In this document: positions 10,767 through 21,629 of the stretch, piece by piece | Numbering within the stretch: the first letter of the stretch is position 1 | How the letters are laid out: the number at the start of each line of letters is the position of its first letter | Origin: an uncultured Bacteroidales bacterium | GTDB lineage: Bacteria; Bacteroidota; Bacteroidia; Bacteroidales; Bacteroidaceae | Assembly: GCA_902779535.1 (NCBI GenBank) | Contig: CACZBX010000013.1 | Span: 4,399 to 68,398 of the forward strand | Direction: 5' to 3' | Length of the DNA stretch: 64,000 nucleotides | Translations under genes and position numbers: made by a program | The notes under the pieces: generated by a model | What the model was told of the DNA's origin: nothing | Databases searched by the model: none | What the model saw: the letters and a program-made list of their open reading frames with translations, nothing else

Positions 10767-12139
10767 ATGTTCGATATAACGATCTACAAAAATCGCCGTT
10801 CAGCCCTTCGGAGGAAGATGGAAAGCGGCATTATACTCCTTTTAGGAAACAACGAGGCTCCTGCCAATTATCCTGATAACACTTATCATTGTATTTCTTC
10901 GGGCATTCCCTGCCCGGATTAGCCGGAATTATGGATATTGATGCCGGAAGAGATTATTTCTTCGGCGATGATGTGACCATGGATGACATTATTTGGATGG
11001 GTCCTCAACCAAGCATCAAAGAATTAGGCGCCCAGGTCGGCGTACACAGAAGTTTTCCACTTAAACAATTGGATAAGATGGTCAGAGAAGCCATCGCGCA
11101 GGGAAGAAAAGTTCATTTTATTCCTCCTTACCGCTTTGACCACATGATAAGACTGGAGGAACTGACCGGCATTCGTGCCACCGCTACCAAGGACTATGCC
11201 TCCATCGAATTGATTCAAGCTATCGTTTCCCTCCGTTCCGTCAAGGAAGCGTGCGAGATTGAAGAGTTGGATAAGGCTGCATACGTAGGCTATCTGATGC
11301 ATACGACCGCCATGAAGATGTGTAAACCAGGCGTTAAAGAACAATTAATTGCCGGAACTCTTGACGGCATTGCAGCACAATATGGTAGCATGGTCTCTTT
11401 CCCGACGATTCTTTCACAACATGGAGAGACCCTGCACAATCATGGGCATGAAGATTTTCTGGAGAAAGGAAAACTGATGTTGACGGATGCAGGGGCAGAA
11501 CTTCCGTCCAACTACTGCTCGGACAACACCCGTACCGTACCTGTTGGAGGCAAGTTTACCACTCGACAAAAAGACATTTACAATATCGTTCTAGCAGCTC
11601 ATGACAAGGCACTGGAACTCACTCGCCCAGGTATTACTTACAAATATGTGCACTTAGAGGTTTGTAAAGTGCTCGCACAAGGTTTGAAAGACCTTGGCCT
11701 GATGAAAGGCAACGTAGACGAGGCTGTTGCAGCCGGTGCACACGCCCTCTTCTTGCCTCACGGCTTAGGGCACATGATGGGATTAGACGTCCACGACATG
11801 GAAAACCTTGGACAGGTATACGTTGGATTTGACGAGGAAGTACGCCCGTCCAGCCAATTCGGTTTAGGCTCCTTACGCATGGGCAGACGATTACAGGAAG
11901 GCTTCGTTATTACCGATGAGCCTGGATGCTATTTCATCCCTGCTTTGATCGACAAGTGGAAAGCTGAACATACACATGAATCATTCTTGAACTTTGACGC
12001 TATTGAGAAGTTCAAAGATTTTGGAGGTATCCGCCTTGAAGATGACATTCTTATCACGAAGGATGGCTCTCGATTCTTGGGCAAGCACCACATACCTATT
12101 ACCGTAGAAGAGGTAGAGGACTTTATGAAAGACAATTAA
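10767..12139 (+). pseudogene. pepP: Xaa-Pro aminopeptidase (M24B), frameshifted near 10889
   Basis: ATG 10767 gives MFDITIYKNRR...NYPDNTYH then a stop at 10920-10922; the homologous sequence resumes in another frame at LYFFG; catalytic motifs DAG, HGLGHMMGLDVHD, TDEPG, GIRLEDD intact. Confidence 0.8.
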
Positions 12140-12162
12140 TTTACAATTTAATTTAAAACAAG

Positions 12163-13371
12163 ATGAAAAAGTTAGTATTGTTTGCAGTACTGGGATTGTT
12201 CGGATTGAACCTGACAGCTCAGGAAAAGGATCAAGCCAAAGAAGAAGGCTTTAAGTTTACCGTGATTAAGGAGAATCCTATCACATCAGTTAAGAATCAA
12301 AGCCGTGCCGGGACATGTTGGTGCTACTCATCATTGGCTTTCCTAGAATCAGAATTGCTGAAAGCAGGTAAAGGAACATATGATTTTTCAGAGATGTTCC
12401 TCGTTGAGAACACCTATTTCGACCGTGCTGAAGCAGCTGTCCGCACTCATGGCGATGTTTCCTTCTCACAAGGAGGTTCTTTCTACGATGTTATGTACGG
12501 AATGGAACATTTCGGTTTAGTTCCTGAAGAGGTGATGCGTCCGGGTGTCATGTACGGTGACACATTGAGTAACCATACTGAGTTGTCGGCTGTGACCAAT
12601 GCCATGGTTAAGGCTATCACTCAAGGAAACCTCCGTAAACTGCAATCTGATAAAGACGGAAACGCTTTGTGGAAAAAATCCATCAAGGCTGTTCACGAGA
12701 TTTACTTAGGTGAACTTCCAAAGACCTTCACTTATAAAGGAAAAACTTACACTCCGAAATCATTCTTTGAATCAACAGGTTTGAAGGCCAGCGACTATAT
12801 CTCCCTGACTTCGTTCACACACCACCCATTCTACGAACCATTTGTCATCGAAATCCAAGATAACTGGCGTTGGGCTCAGTCTTACAACTTGCCTATCGAT
12901 GAGTTAATGGCTGTGTTCGATAATGCCATCAACAATGGTTACACCATTGCTTGGGGTTCCGACGTAAGTGAGGAAGGTTTCACTCGCAATGGTATCGGTG
13001 TGGTTCCTGATGTTGAGAAGGCAGTTGAGCTTTCAGGATCGGACATGGCACACTGGCTGAAACTTTCTCCGCAACAACGCGACTTGACTCAAAAGCCTGG
13101 TCCAGAGAAGTGGGTAACTCAAGAAGAACGTCAGTTAGCATACGACAACTGGGAAACGACCGACGACCATGGCATGCAGATTTACGGTTTGGCTAAGGAT
13201 CAGAACGGAACAGAGTACTACATGGTTAAGAACTCTTGGGGCAAATCAGGTAAGTACGAAGGTCTCTGGTACGTATCCAAAGCGTTCGCTCGTTATAAGA
13301 CAATCAATATCTTAGTAAACAAGAAAGCTCTTCCGAAGGATATTGCCAAGAAGTTAGGTGTTACACTTTAA
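12163..13371 (+). CDS. C1B cysteine aminopeptidase (PepC/bleomycin hydrolase-like), exported
   Basis: Signal peptide, QSRAGTCW, DDHGM, KNSWG papain-type motifs. Confidence 0.93.
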   Translation: MKKLVLFAVLGLFGLNLTAQEKDQAKEEGFKFTVIKENPITSVKNQSRAGTCWCYSSLAFLESELLKAGKGTYDFSEMFLVENTYFDRAEAAVRTHGDVSFSQGGSFYDVMYGMEHFGLVPEEVMRPGVMYGDTLSNHTELSAVTNAMVKAITQGNLRKLQSDKDGNALWKKSIKAVHEIYLGELPKTFTYKGKTYTPKSFFESTGLKASDYISLTSFTHHPFYEPFVIEIQDNWRWAQSYNLPIDELMAVFDNAINNGYTIAWGSDVSEEGFTRNGIGVVPDVEKAVELSGSDMAHWLKLSPQQRDLTQKPGPEKWVTQEERQLAYDNWETTDDHGMQIYGLAKDQNGTEYYMVKNSWGKSGKYEGLWYVSKAFARYKTINILVNKKALPKDIAKKLGVTL

Positions 13372-13425
13372 TATCCTAATTTGACGCAGATTCTTATACG
13401 AAAAAGATAAGAAATTCAATATATT

Positions 13426-13467
13426 ATCGCCAATTCTATAAAATTAATATAGAATTGGCGATTTTTA
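13426..13467 (+). terminator. Terminator after peptidase operon
   Basis: ATCGCCAATTCTATA-aaattaa-TATAGAATTGGCGAT followed by T-run. Confidence 0.8.
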
Positions 13468-13565
13468 GTTGTTTTTTTTCTACCTTTACGCTTTGATAGG
13501 TGTGGAAGGAAATTACAACTGCCAAACCGATCCCGAGATAAGCAAAAAGAAAAAAACAATATATA

Positions 13566-15290
13566 ATGAATTTCAAATGGAATTATCAACCTCCAACCCA
13601 AGAACAAATAGAAGCAGCTAAGGCCCTGTCGAAGGAACTGGGGATAAATCCAGTCCTCGGCAAACTACTATTGGAAAGAGGCATTACCTCCGCAGCAGAG
13701 GCTAAGCGATTTTTCCGTCCACAACTCAATGAGCTTCATGATCCATTCCTGATGAATGACATGAGTATAGCCGTTGAGCGTCTGAATCAGGCAATGGGCA
13801 GGAAAGAACGCATTCTGGTGTACGGAGATTATGACGTAGATGGTGTGACAGCAGTTGCATTGGTGTATAAATTCATCCTGCAATTCTACTCGAACATCGA
13901 CTATTATATACCTGATCGGTATGAAGAAGGATATGGCGTTTCCAAAAAGGGAGTTGACTATGCAGCCGAGACAGGTGTAAAGCTTGTTATTGTGTTGGAC
14001 TGTGGCATCAAGGCCGTTGATGCGATTGCGTATGCCAAAGAGAAAGGCATCGACTTTATTATTTGTGATCACCATGTACCCGATGAGGTGCTTCCACCGG
14101 CTGTGGCCATTCTAAACGCAAAACGTTTGGATTCCACTTACCCGTATGAGCACTTGTCTGGTTGCGGCGTGGGATTCAAGTTCATGCAGGCTTTTGCATT
14201 GAACAATGGTATAGACTTCCATCAACTTACCCCACTATTGGACTTGGTTGCTGTTGCAATTGCCTCAGACATCGTTCCTATCATGGGAGAAAACCGGGTA
14301 CTCGCCTACCATGGTCTGAAGCAGTTGAACTCAAATCCGAGTGTCGGCTTAAAAGCCATCATTGATGTTTGTGGACTTTCATCAAAGGAAATCACCATGA
14401 GTGATATCGTCTTTAAGATTGGTCCACGTATCAATGCCTCCGGGCGTATCCAAAACGGACAGGAAGCGGTTGCCCTGCTTATCGAGAAAGACTTTGCGCT
14501 GGCTCTGGCGAAAGCGAACCAGATAAACGAGTACAACGAGACCCGAAAAGATCTGGACAAGTCGATGACGGAAGAGGCGACCAAGCTGGTCATCGATGAA
14601 GAGGACCTGAACCAACGCAAATCCATCGTTATTTACAATGAAACGTGGCACAAAGGAGTTATCGGTATTGTTGCATCCCGCCTAACCGAGACCTATTACC
14701 GTCCGGCTGTTGTGCTGACAAGAACAGAAAATCTGGCCACAGGTTCTGCTCGTTCTGTAACGGGATTTGACGTATACAAGGCTATTGAGAGCTGTCGTGA
14801 CTTGTTGGAAAATTTCGGAGGGCACACTTACGCCGCAGGCTTATCCATGCGCATTGAGAATGTCCCGGAATTTACCAAACGCTTCGAGGAATACGTAGCC
14901 GAACATATAGAAGACGAACAGACCATTCCTGTTTTGGATATTGATGCCGTTATTGATTTCAAAGATATTACCAGTAAATTCTTCGCTGATCTGAAGAAGT
15001 TCAACCCGTTTGGACCAGATAACCAGAAACCCATTTTCTGTACGCATCATGTGTACGACTATGGAACGAGCAAGGTGGTAGGCCGAAATCAAGAACACAT
15101 CAAATTGGAGTTGGTCGACAATAAATCACATAATGTGATGAATGGAATCGCCTTCGGTCAAAGTTCTCAGGCTCGATATATCAAGACGAAACGAGCTTTC
15201 GACATTTGTTTTACGATTGAAGAGAACACTCATAAACGAGGAGAAGTACAGTTACAGATTGAGGATATCCGACAGGCTGAAACCGTATGA
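13566..15290 (+). CDS. recJ: ssDNA exonuclease RecJ
   Basis: YGDYDVDG, DCG, DHH, GPRINASGR, GGHTYAAG. Confidence 0.98.
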   Translation: MNFKWNYQPPTQEQIEAAKALSKELGINPVLGKLLLERGITSAAEAKRFFRPQLNELHDPFLMNDMSIAVERLNQAMGRKERILVYGDYDVDGVTAVALVYKFILQFYSNIDYYIPDRYEEGYGVSKKGVDYAAETGVKLVIVLDCGIKAVDAIAYAKEKGIDFIICDHHVPDEVLPPAVAILNAKRLDSTYPYEHLSGCGVGFKFMQAFALNNGIDFHQLTPLLDLVAVAIASDIVPIMGENRVLAYHGLKQLNSNPSVGLKAIIDVCGLSSKEITMSDIVFKIGPRINASGRIQNGQEAVALLIEKDFALALAKANQINEYNETRKDLDKSMTEEATKLVIDEEDLNQRKSIVIYNETWHKGVIGIVASRLTETYYRPAVVLTRTENLATGSARSVTGFDVYKAIESCRDLLENFGGHTYAAGLSMRIENVPEFTKRFEEYVAEHIEDEQTIPVLDIDAVIDFKDITSKFFADLKKFNPFGPDNQKPIFCTHHVYDYGTSKVVGRNQEHIKLELVDNKSHNVMNGIAFGQSSQARYIKTKRAFDICFTIEENTHKRGEVQLQIEDIRQAETV

Positions 15291-17188
15291 CCTACTTAGA
15301 GATTCTGAAAGCATATTGGGGATATGATAGTTTCCGAGGCATTCAGGAGCATATCATTAACAGCATTGGTGCCGGGCACGACACGCTCGGACTAATGCCG
15401 ACAGGTGGTGGCAAGTCCATCACCTTTCAAGTACCCGCCTTATCAAAGGAAGGAATCTGTATCGTCATCACCCCCTTGATTGCCTTGATGAAGGATCAGG
15501 TAAGCAATCTGATAAAGCGAGGAATCAAAGCCGTAGCTGTCTATTCGGGCATGACGCATGAGCAGATACTGACAGCATTGGACAATTGTATCTACGGTGA
15601 TTACAAATTCCTCTACATTTCTCCCGAACGATTGGGCACAAACCTTTTCCTGACCAAGCTGCAAAGCATGAATGTCAGCATGATCACAGTTGACGAGTCG
15701 CATTGTATCTCACAATGGGGGTATGATTTCCGTCCTGCCTATCTCAAGATTGCTGATATCCGGGAAGTACTTCCTGATGTCCCCGTTCTGGCGCTGACAG
15801 CTACTGCTACCCCTGCCGTAGTAGATGATATCCAGTTAAAGTTACAATTTCGCGAAGACAGCCATGTCTTTCGAATGAGCTTCGAACGTACCAACCTCGC
15901 ATATATTGTCAGAAGGACTGAGAATAAGCCTGAAGAACTACTTCATATACTCAACAGCGTGCCAGGATCGGCTATCGTCTATACACGCAACCGCAAGAGG
16001 ACAAAAGAGGTTGCTGAGCTATTGAACAGGAACCAAATCACCGCTACATTCTATCATGCAGGTGTAAACAACGATGTGAAAGACATCCGTCAGAAAGAAT
16101 GGGTAAACGATAAGGTACGAGTGATGGTTGCAACCAATGCCTTTGGCATGGGAATCGACAAGCCCGATGTCAGACTGGTCATCCACATGGATCTCCCCGA
16201 CTCTCCTGAAGCTTACTTTCAAGAGGCCGGGCGTGCCGGACGAGATGGGAAGAAGGCATTCGCCGTTCTTCTGTACGCAAAGAGTGACAAGGTCACTTTG
16301 AACAAACGAATCCCTGATACATTTCCAGATAAAGACTATATACGAAAGGTATACGAACACCTTAACTATTACTTCGAGATGGCAATGGGAGATGGAGAAG
16401 GTTGTACGTTCGCCTTCGACTTGGATGATTTCTGTCGGAAATTCAAGCATTTCCCTGTACAAGCCGACAGTGCACTGAAAATTCTCACCCGTGCCGGCTA
16501 CCTGGAATACACGGAAGAGCAGGATAACACTTCCCAACTACTCTTTACCATCAAACGGGATGAGCTCTATCTGCTTCGGAACAACGAACCCGACACCGAG
16601 AAACTCATCAACCTTATCCTCCGCTCATATACCGGACTGTTTAGTGACTATGCTTACATCAACGAAGAATCCCTGTCCGTCAAGTCTGGAATCGACCGAG
16701 AGAAGATTTATCAAATCCTGATCAACCTCTCACAGCGAAGAATTGTCCATTATATTCCTCGCAAACGCACTCCCTTCATCATCTATACACGTGACCGGGT
16801 AGACCAAGAGCACCTTCGCATCACCAAGGAAGTATACGAAGATCGGAAAGAAAGCTATACCCAACGCATCAAGGCTATGATCACCTACGCTGATTCGGAC
16901 GACAAATGTCGGAGCCGGATGTTGCTGCATTACTTTGGAGAACAGAACGAACACAATTGTGGACAATGTGACGTCTGCCTGCAACATCCGAAACCAAGCA
17001 TCAGCCAAGAAACATATCAGGCCATCAGCAGTCAGGTCAAAGAAATGCTGAAATCCTCTCCCATGAACAGTCGAGAACTGGTTCAAGCCTTCTCAAGTCA
17101 AGAGGAAATGGTCGAACAAGTGCTGCACTACATGATGGGAGAAGAAGAGATTCAATTAAACAACGGAGTCTTATCCCTAACGAAATAG
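15287..17188 (+). CDS. recQ: RecQ-family ATP-dependent DNA helicase
   Basis: MPTGGGKS, DESHCISQWGYDFRP, ATNAFGMGIDKPDVR, QEAGRAGRDG, Zn-binding CGQCDVC; 4-nt overlap with recJ. Confidence 0.96.
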   Translation: MTYLEILKAYWGYDSFRGIQEHIINSIGAGHDTLGLMPTGGGKSITFQVPALSKEGICIVITPLIALMKDQVSNLIKRGIKAVAVYSGMTHEQILTALDNCIYGDYKFLYISPERLGTNLFLTKLQSMNVSMITVDESHCISQWGYDFRPAYLKIADIREVLPDVPVLALTATATPAVVDDIQLKLQFREDSHVFRMSFERTNLAYIVRRTENKPEELLHILNSVPGSAIVYTRNRKRTKEVAELLNRNQITATFYHAGVNNDVKDIRQKEWVNDKVRVMVATNAFGMGIDKPDVRLVIHMDLPDSPEAYFQEAGRAGRDGKKAFAVLLYAKSDKVTLNKRIPDTFPDKDYIRKVYEHLNYYFEMAMGDGEGCTFAFDLDDFCRKFKHFPVQADSALKILTRAGYLEYTEEQDNTSQLLFTIKRDELYLLRNNEPDTEKLINLILRSYTGLFSDYAYINEESLSVKSGIDREKIYQILINLSQRRIVHYIPRKRTPFIIYTRDRVDQEHLRITKEVYEDRKESYTQRIKAMITYADSDDKCRSRMLLHYFGEQNEHNCGQCDVCLQHPKPSISQETYQAISSQVKEMLKSSPMNSRELVQAFSSQEEMVEQVLHYMMGEEEIQLNNGVLSLTK

Positions 17189-17242
17189 GAAAAATAACGG
17201 AAATTATTATCTTTGTGAAATAAAACATTAAGCATACACACC

Positions 17243-18193
17243 ATGAGTTTTTTAAAATCATTATTTGGAAGTACCGATAAAGAGACGGCTGACGAGAAGC
17301 AGAAGAATGAAGAACGCAACTTTGACATTTTGAAATACGATGGCATACGTGCTCACAACGTCTATCGATTCGATTATGCCATCCAATGCTTTGTGAAAGC
17401 CTTGGAGATTCATAAAGACGCTGAGGTATACGAACATCTCAGTAACTGCTACACACGTGTTGGCCGATTAGAGAAAGCTCAGCAAGCATTAACTGAGTGG
17501 ACAAAATTTGAGCCCAACAACGCCCGTCCCCTATCCTTCCTTGCGAACCTCGCTTTTATACAAGAGGACTATCAGCTGACTTATGATGCATGCAAGCAAG
17601 CCTTGTCGTTAGACCCGGAGAATCCCTTCCTTTACTACTTGATGGGCAGAGCCTGCAATGGTTTGAGCAACAATCCGGAAGCCACAGAACAGTTGTCAAA
17701 GGCTATTGAATTGCAAGAGAACTATACCGATGCTTACCTGAGCCGTGCACATCTCTTCTATGAAGAGAATGATATTCCCAAAGCAAAGAAAGATGTTGAG
17801 AAAATCCTCTCATACGACCCCGAGAATGAGGATGCCATTATCCTTCAAGGCGATATTCTGCTGAAAGAAGGCAAATTAGAAGAAGCTCAGACGACTTACC
17901 AACACATCATTGATTCAAATCCGTTCAACCGTGACGCGTACATCCGGTTAGGTTCACTTTATCAAGGGCAAAAGGAATGGGATAAAGCCATCCAACTTTA
18001 CAATGATGCCATTGAGGTGTTACCCGAATTTGTCAATGCCTTTATTGAGCGCCGAAAGTGCAAAGAAGCGACAGGTGATGTTGAGGGGGCAAAGGCAGAT
18101 GCCGAAATCATCAAGAAATTCACTCCCACATTCGATGTCGGAGATGCTGTGCCCGCAGATTATTTGCAACAAAAGCAAAACATTCCGTTCTAA
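17243..18193 (+). CDS. Tetratricopeptide repeat protein
   Basis: Multiple TPR consensus repeats; usual position after recJ-recQ in Bacteroidales. Confidence 0.9.
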   Translation: MSFLKSLFGSTDKETADEKQKNEERNFDILKYDGIRAHNVYRFDYAIQCFVKALEIHKDAEVYEHLSNCYTRVGRLEKAQQALTEWTKFEPNNARPLSFLANLAFIQEDYQLTYDACKQALSLDPENPFLYYLMGRACNGLSNNPEATEQLSKAIELQENYTDAYLSRAHLFYEENDIPKAKKDVEKILSYDPENEDAIILQGDILLKEGKLEEAQTTYQHIIDSNPFNRDAYIRLGSLYQGQKEWDKAIQLYNDAIEVLPEFVNAFIERRKCKEATGDVEGAKADAEIIKKFTPTFDVGDAVPADYLQQKQNIPF

Positions 18194-18211
18194 TACAAAA
18201 ATTATTCCATA

Positions 18212-18247
18212 AGAAAGGCTGTCCTTGCATGGACAGCCTTCTGTTTT
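18212..18247. terminator. Bidirectional terminator
   Basis: AAGGCTGTCC-ttgcat-GGACAGCCTT between convergent genes. Confidence 0.85.
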
Positions 18248-19470
18248 TATCGATTAACGACGAAGTTACGAATCTGACATGCTGTGCCAAGCGATTTCTC
18301 GTTCTTCGAAGAAGATATTTTCAGGACCAATTGATGATTTCCCTTTTCCAATTCCGTCTCAAACATATAGACCCACGGCAAATACAAATAATGACTCCAA
18401 TGAGTATAGGTATCCAGTTTCTTGAAAGGTTTTCCATCAATGCTATATTCTAAGATACCGGCATTCGGTCCAGCCACACAGCAGATGCCGACAGCACGTC
18501 CATTAAAGCGGAAAGTCAGTTTGGAGCCTGCCTTCTTCGATTCCAACATCGGCACATCCACAAAACCATAACGCTTTTCATATTTATCATCAGGACGCCA
18601 AGAAGGGACATACTCCCATCCTCTCCCAAGTCGGGCCTCCTTTATATCAACGAAGTCACCATCGACATAGCTATATTCGTCCATTGGCTTTTCGGGAACC
18701 ACATGGTGAGCGATTGAATCAGTCGGCTTGACACGGCTCCACATCGTTTCCATCAAGCGGATGATGGATGCCGTATAGTATTGATGCCCCAGAGGTGCCG
18801 GATGCTCACCACCGAAATCCTTCCAAGTGAACTGACCGTCCAAGATTCGTTCACTGATCTCCTGAGCCATATTCACCGTTGGGACCAGATAATAGCTTGC
18901 CACCCGTTCATGATTAAACACGGCATCGGGCAACTGTCCTTTTGCAACCATATTCGTATAATGCTCCCGCGTGAAATGCATGATGATAATATCAGTCTCA
19001 GGATCATTATTCCACACGTGACGAACCACTCCTTCCATACCACGCACCTGCTCTACCGGAGTGAACTCGTTGGTTTCATCGTTCACTGCAGCCTCAAAGA
19101 AAAGCAAATCGACCTTTCCTTTCGACAGCACATCGTGAACTAAGCGGAAGGCATGAGGAGTCGAACCCATCGACGGGATGCCTGCTTCAATGAAATCGAA
19201 CTTCGTCTGTGGGAACTTCTTGGTAAAATACTCCATCAACAGGTTGTGCCATCCCTTCATCTCGGTTATGGAACCACCCAGGAAAGCTACCCGAGCCTCC
19301 CCACCCTTTTGAAATTTCAAGAAAGAATTATCCAGACTCCCTCTCGTACTCAGATGGAAGAACTTCTCAGGAAACGGACTAGCCTTACCCAAGTCGACTG
19401 ATCCAAGGGATTGTGCACCAACCAGTACACAGCAGCACATCATGCAACAAGCTAAAAACAACCTTTTCAT
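18247..19470 (-). CDS. SGNH/GDSL hydrolase (putative carbohydrate acetylesterase)
   Basis: Signal peptide from MKRLF, FLGGSIT, EAAVND, C-terminal HP catalytic motif. Confidence 0.85.
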   Translation of the reverse strand: MKRLFLACCMMCCCVLVGAQSLGSVDLGKASPFPEKFFHLSTRGSLDNSFLKFQKGGEARVAFLGGSITEMKGWHNLLMEYFTKKFPQTKFDFIEAGIPSMGSTPHAFRLVHDVLSKGKVDLLFFEAAVNDETNEFTPVEQVRGMEGVVRHVWNNDPETDIIIMHFTREHYTNMVAKGQLPDAVFNHERVASYYLVPTVNMAQEISERILDGQFTWKDFGGEHPAPLGHQYYTASIIRLMETMWSRVKPTDSIAHHVVPEKPMDEYSYVDGDFVDIKEARLGRGWEYVPSWRPDDKYEKRYGFVDVPMLESKKAGSKLTFRFNGRAVGICCVAGPNAGILEYSIDGKPFKKLDTYTHWSHYLYLPWVYMFETELEKGNHQLVLKISSSKNEKSLGTACQIRNFVVNR

Positions 19471-19568
19471 CGATAATACATTTAATAAAATTGAATCCAT
19501 ACATTCAGTTTGCTATACAAAGTTACTCTTTTCCTCAGACAAAAAGGATTTCTAATCAAACTATTTAA

Positions 19569-19656
19569 TCGTTTCACCTTGGTGATAAACTTTTTTCACG
19601 TGGGTGATAAAGGTTTATCACTTAGGTGAAAAGCCTTTGTCACCTAGGTGACAAAG
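19569..19656. repeat. Four tandem 22-bp-period palindromic units (TCAC-N4-GTGA core)
   Basis: TCAC starts at 19574, 19596, 19618, 19640; last unit CTTTGTCACCTAGGTGACAAAG is a perfect 22-bp palindrome. Confidence 0.9.
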
Positions 19657-19756
19657 ATAATTCTTAGAAACATGAACAGGAATTGCGGAAGAAAAGCCAT
19701 AATTCATTTCAGATTGTGATCGAATTAGCGTATCTTTACACACAAATACGGTTTAT

Positions 19757-21592
19757 ATGAAAGAATTCTTACGTGTATTAAGACGATTTGTACCTCCGTA
19801 CAAGAAATATCTTGTCTTGAATGTGATATTCAATATCCTTTCCGCCATATTGAACATCTTTTCATTTGCGACAATTATTCCGATTCTTCAGATTCTTTTC
19901 AAGATTCAGGAAGCCAACTATACGTTCATGCCTTGGAATTCGGATGCTTCGTTCAAAGACATTGCGATCAATAATTTCTATTATTACGTCACTCATCTTA
20001 TCGATGCCTACGGAGCCAGCACGACCTTGCTGTTTCTCGGCCTTTTCTTGGTCGTAATGACTTTCTTTAAGACGGCATGCTATTTCCTTTCTTCGGCTAC
20101 GATGATACCTATCCGCACAGGCGTCGTACGGGATATTCGCAATCAAGTCTATCGGAAGATTCTGAGTCTGCCCTTAGGCTTCTTCTCCGAAGAGCGAAAG
20201 GGAGATATCATCGCCCGTATGAGTGGTGATGTCAACGAGATTGAGGTAAGCATCATGTCTTCGTTGGATATGCTTTTCAAGAATCCGATTCTGGTAATCA
20301 TCTATTTCGGTACACTTGTCACGATCAGTTGGCAGTTGACATTGTTCACCATCATTATCCTTCCGCTGATGGGCTGGATCATGGGAAGGGTCGGCAAGAT
20401 GCTGAAGAAAAAATCATTGCTGGCACAAAGCCAATGGAGCGACCTGATGTCGCAAGTGGAAGAGACATTAGGCGGATTACGTATCATCAAGGCATTCAAT
20501 GCGGAAGCAAAGATGAACACCCGGTTTGGCGACACCAATAACCTGTACCGCAAGACAATCAGCCGGGTAAACACCCGGCAACAGATGGCCCACCCCATGA
20601 GCGAGTTCCTGGGAACGGTATTGATCGTCATCGTTTTGTGGTTTGGTGGCACACTAATCCTTCAGAACAACAGTACCATCACGGCTCCATCGTTTATCTT
20701 TTACTTAGTCATCCTCTACAGCCTCATCAACCCGTTGAAAGAATTCTCGAAGGCCAGCTATAACATACCGAAAGGACTGGCAAGTATGGAGCGCGTAGAT
20801 AAGATTCTGAAAGCAGAGAATAAGATTCAGGAAAGCCCGAACCCTATACACATCCAGCCAAAGCTGACCGATCAGATTGAGTTCAAGCATGTCTCCTTCA
20901 AATATGCTCAGCGTTGGGTGCTGAAAGACATCAATCTTGTCATACCGAAAGGAAAAACCATTGCCCTTGTCGGACAGTCCGGTTCTGGAAAGTCCACAAT
21001 GGTTGACCTCATTCCTCGCTATTACGATGTGCAGGAAGGAGAAATCCTTATCGATGGGGTGAACGTGAAGGATACGACGTTGTATGAGTTGCGCAGTTTA
21101 ATAGGGAATGTGAACCAGGAAGCCATTCTTTTCAATGACACATTCTACAATAACATTGCTTTTGGTGTAGAACATGCGACCAAGGAGCAGGTGATCGAAG
21201 CTGCCAAGATCGCAAATGCCCACGAGTTTATCATGGCCAGTGAGAACGGATACGACACCATGATTGGCGACCGTGGAGGAAAGCTCTCAGGCGGTCAGCG
21301 TCAACGGGTAAGCATCGCACGCGCCATTCTGAAGAACCCACCAATCCTTATCCTGGATGAGGCTACTTCGGCCCTTGACACGGAGAGCGAGCGAATGGTA
21401 CAGGATGCTTTGGAACGACTGATGAAGAATCGTACGACCATTGCCATCGCTCATCGCCTGTCTACAATACGCAATGCCGACGAAATTTGCGTTTTGCATG
21501 AAGGACAAATCGTTGAGCGCGGCAAACATGAAGAGTTACTCGCCCTCAACGGCTATTATAAACGATTATGTGATATGCAACAGATGCGTTGA
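19757..21592 (+). CDS. ABC exporter, fused TM and ATPase domains (MsbA-like)
   Basis: TM domain, GQSGSGKST, LSGGQRQR, ILDEATSALD. Confidence 0.93.
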   Translation: MKEFLRVLRRFVPPYKKYLVLNVIFNILSAILNIFSFATIIPILQILFKIQEANYTFMPWNSDASFKDIAINNFYYYVTHLIDAYGASTTLLFLGLFLVVMTFFKTACYFLSSATMIPIRTGVVRDIRNQVYRKILSLPLGFFSEERKGDIIARMSGDVNEIEVSIMSSLDMLFKNPILVIIYFGTLVTISWQLTLFTIIILPLMGWIMGRVGKMLKKKSLLAQSQWSDLMSQVEETLGGLRIIKAFNAEAKMNTRFGDTNNLYRKTISRVNTRQQMAHPMSEFLGTVLIVIVLWFGGTLILQNNSTITAPSFIFYLVILYSLINPLKEFSKASYNIPKGLASMERVDKILKAENKIQESPNPIHIQPKLTDQIEFKHVSFKYAQRWVLKDINLVIPKGKTIALVGQSGSGKSTMVDLIPRYYDVQEGEILIDGVNVKDTTLYELRSLIGNVNQEAILFNDTFYNNIAFGVEHATKEQVIEAAKIANAHEFIMASENGYDTMIGDRGGKLSGGQRQRVSIARAILKNPPILILDEATSALDTESERMVQDALERLMKNRTTIAIAHRLSTIRNADEICVLHEGQIVERGKHEELLALNGYYKRLCDMQQMR

Positions 21593-21629
21593 GCATCTTA
21601 TAACAACAACAATAATAAACAAAATCACC

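Noticed and set aside
19569-19656. Mini-CRISPR interpretation of the 22-bp array
   Set aside because: Units are contiguous with no unique spacers, and no cas genes are present
21441-21629. N-terminal extension of the SGNH ORF overlapping the ABC gene
   Set aside because: The signal peptide begins at ATG 21630; the extension is incidental open frame
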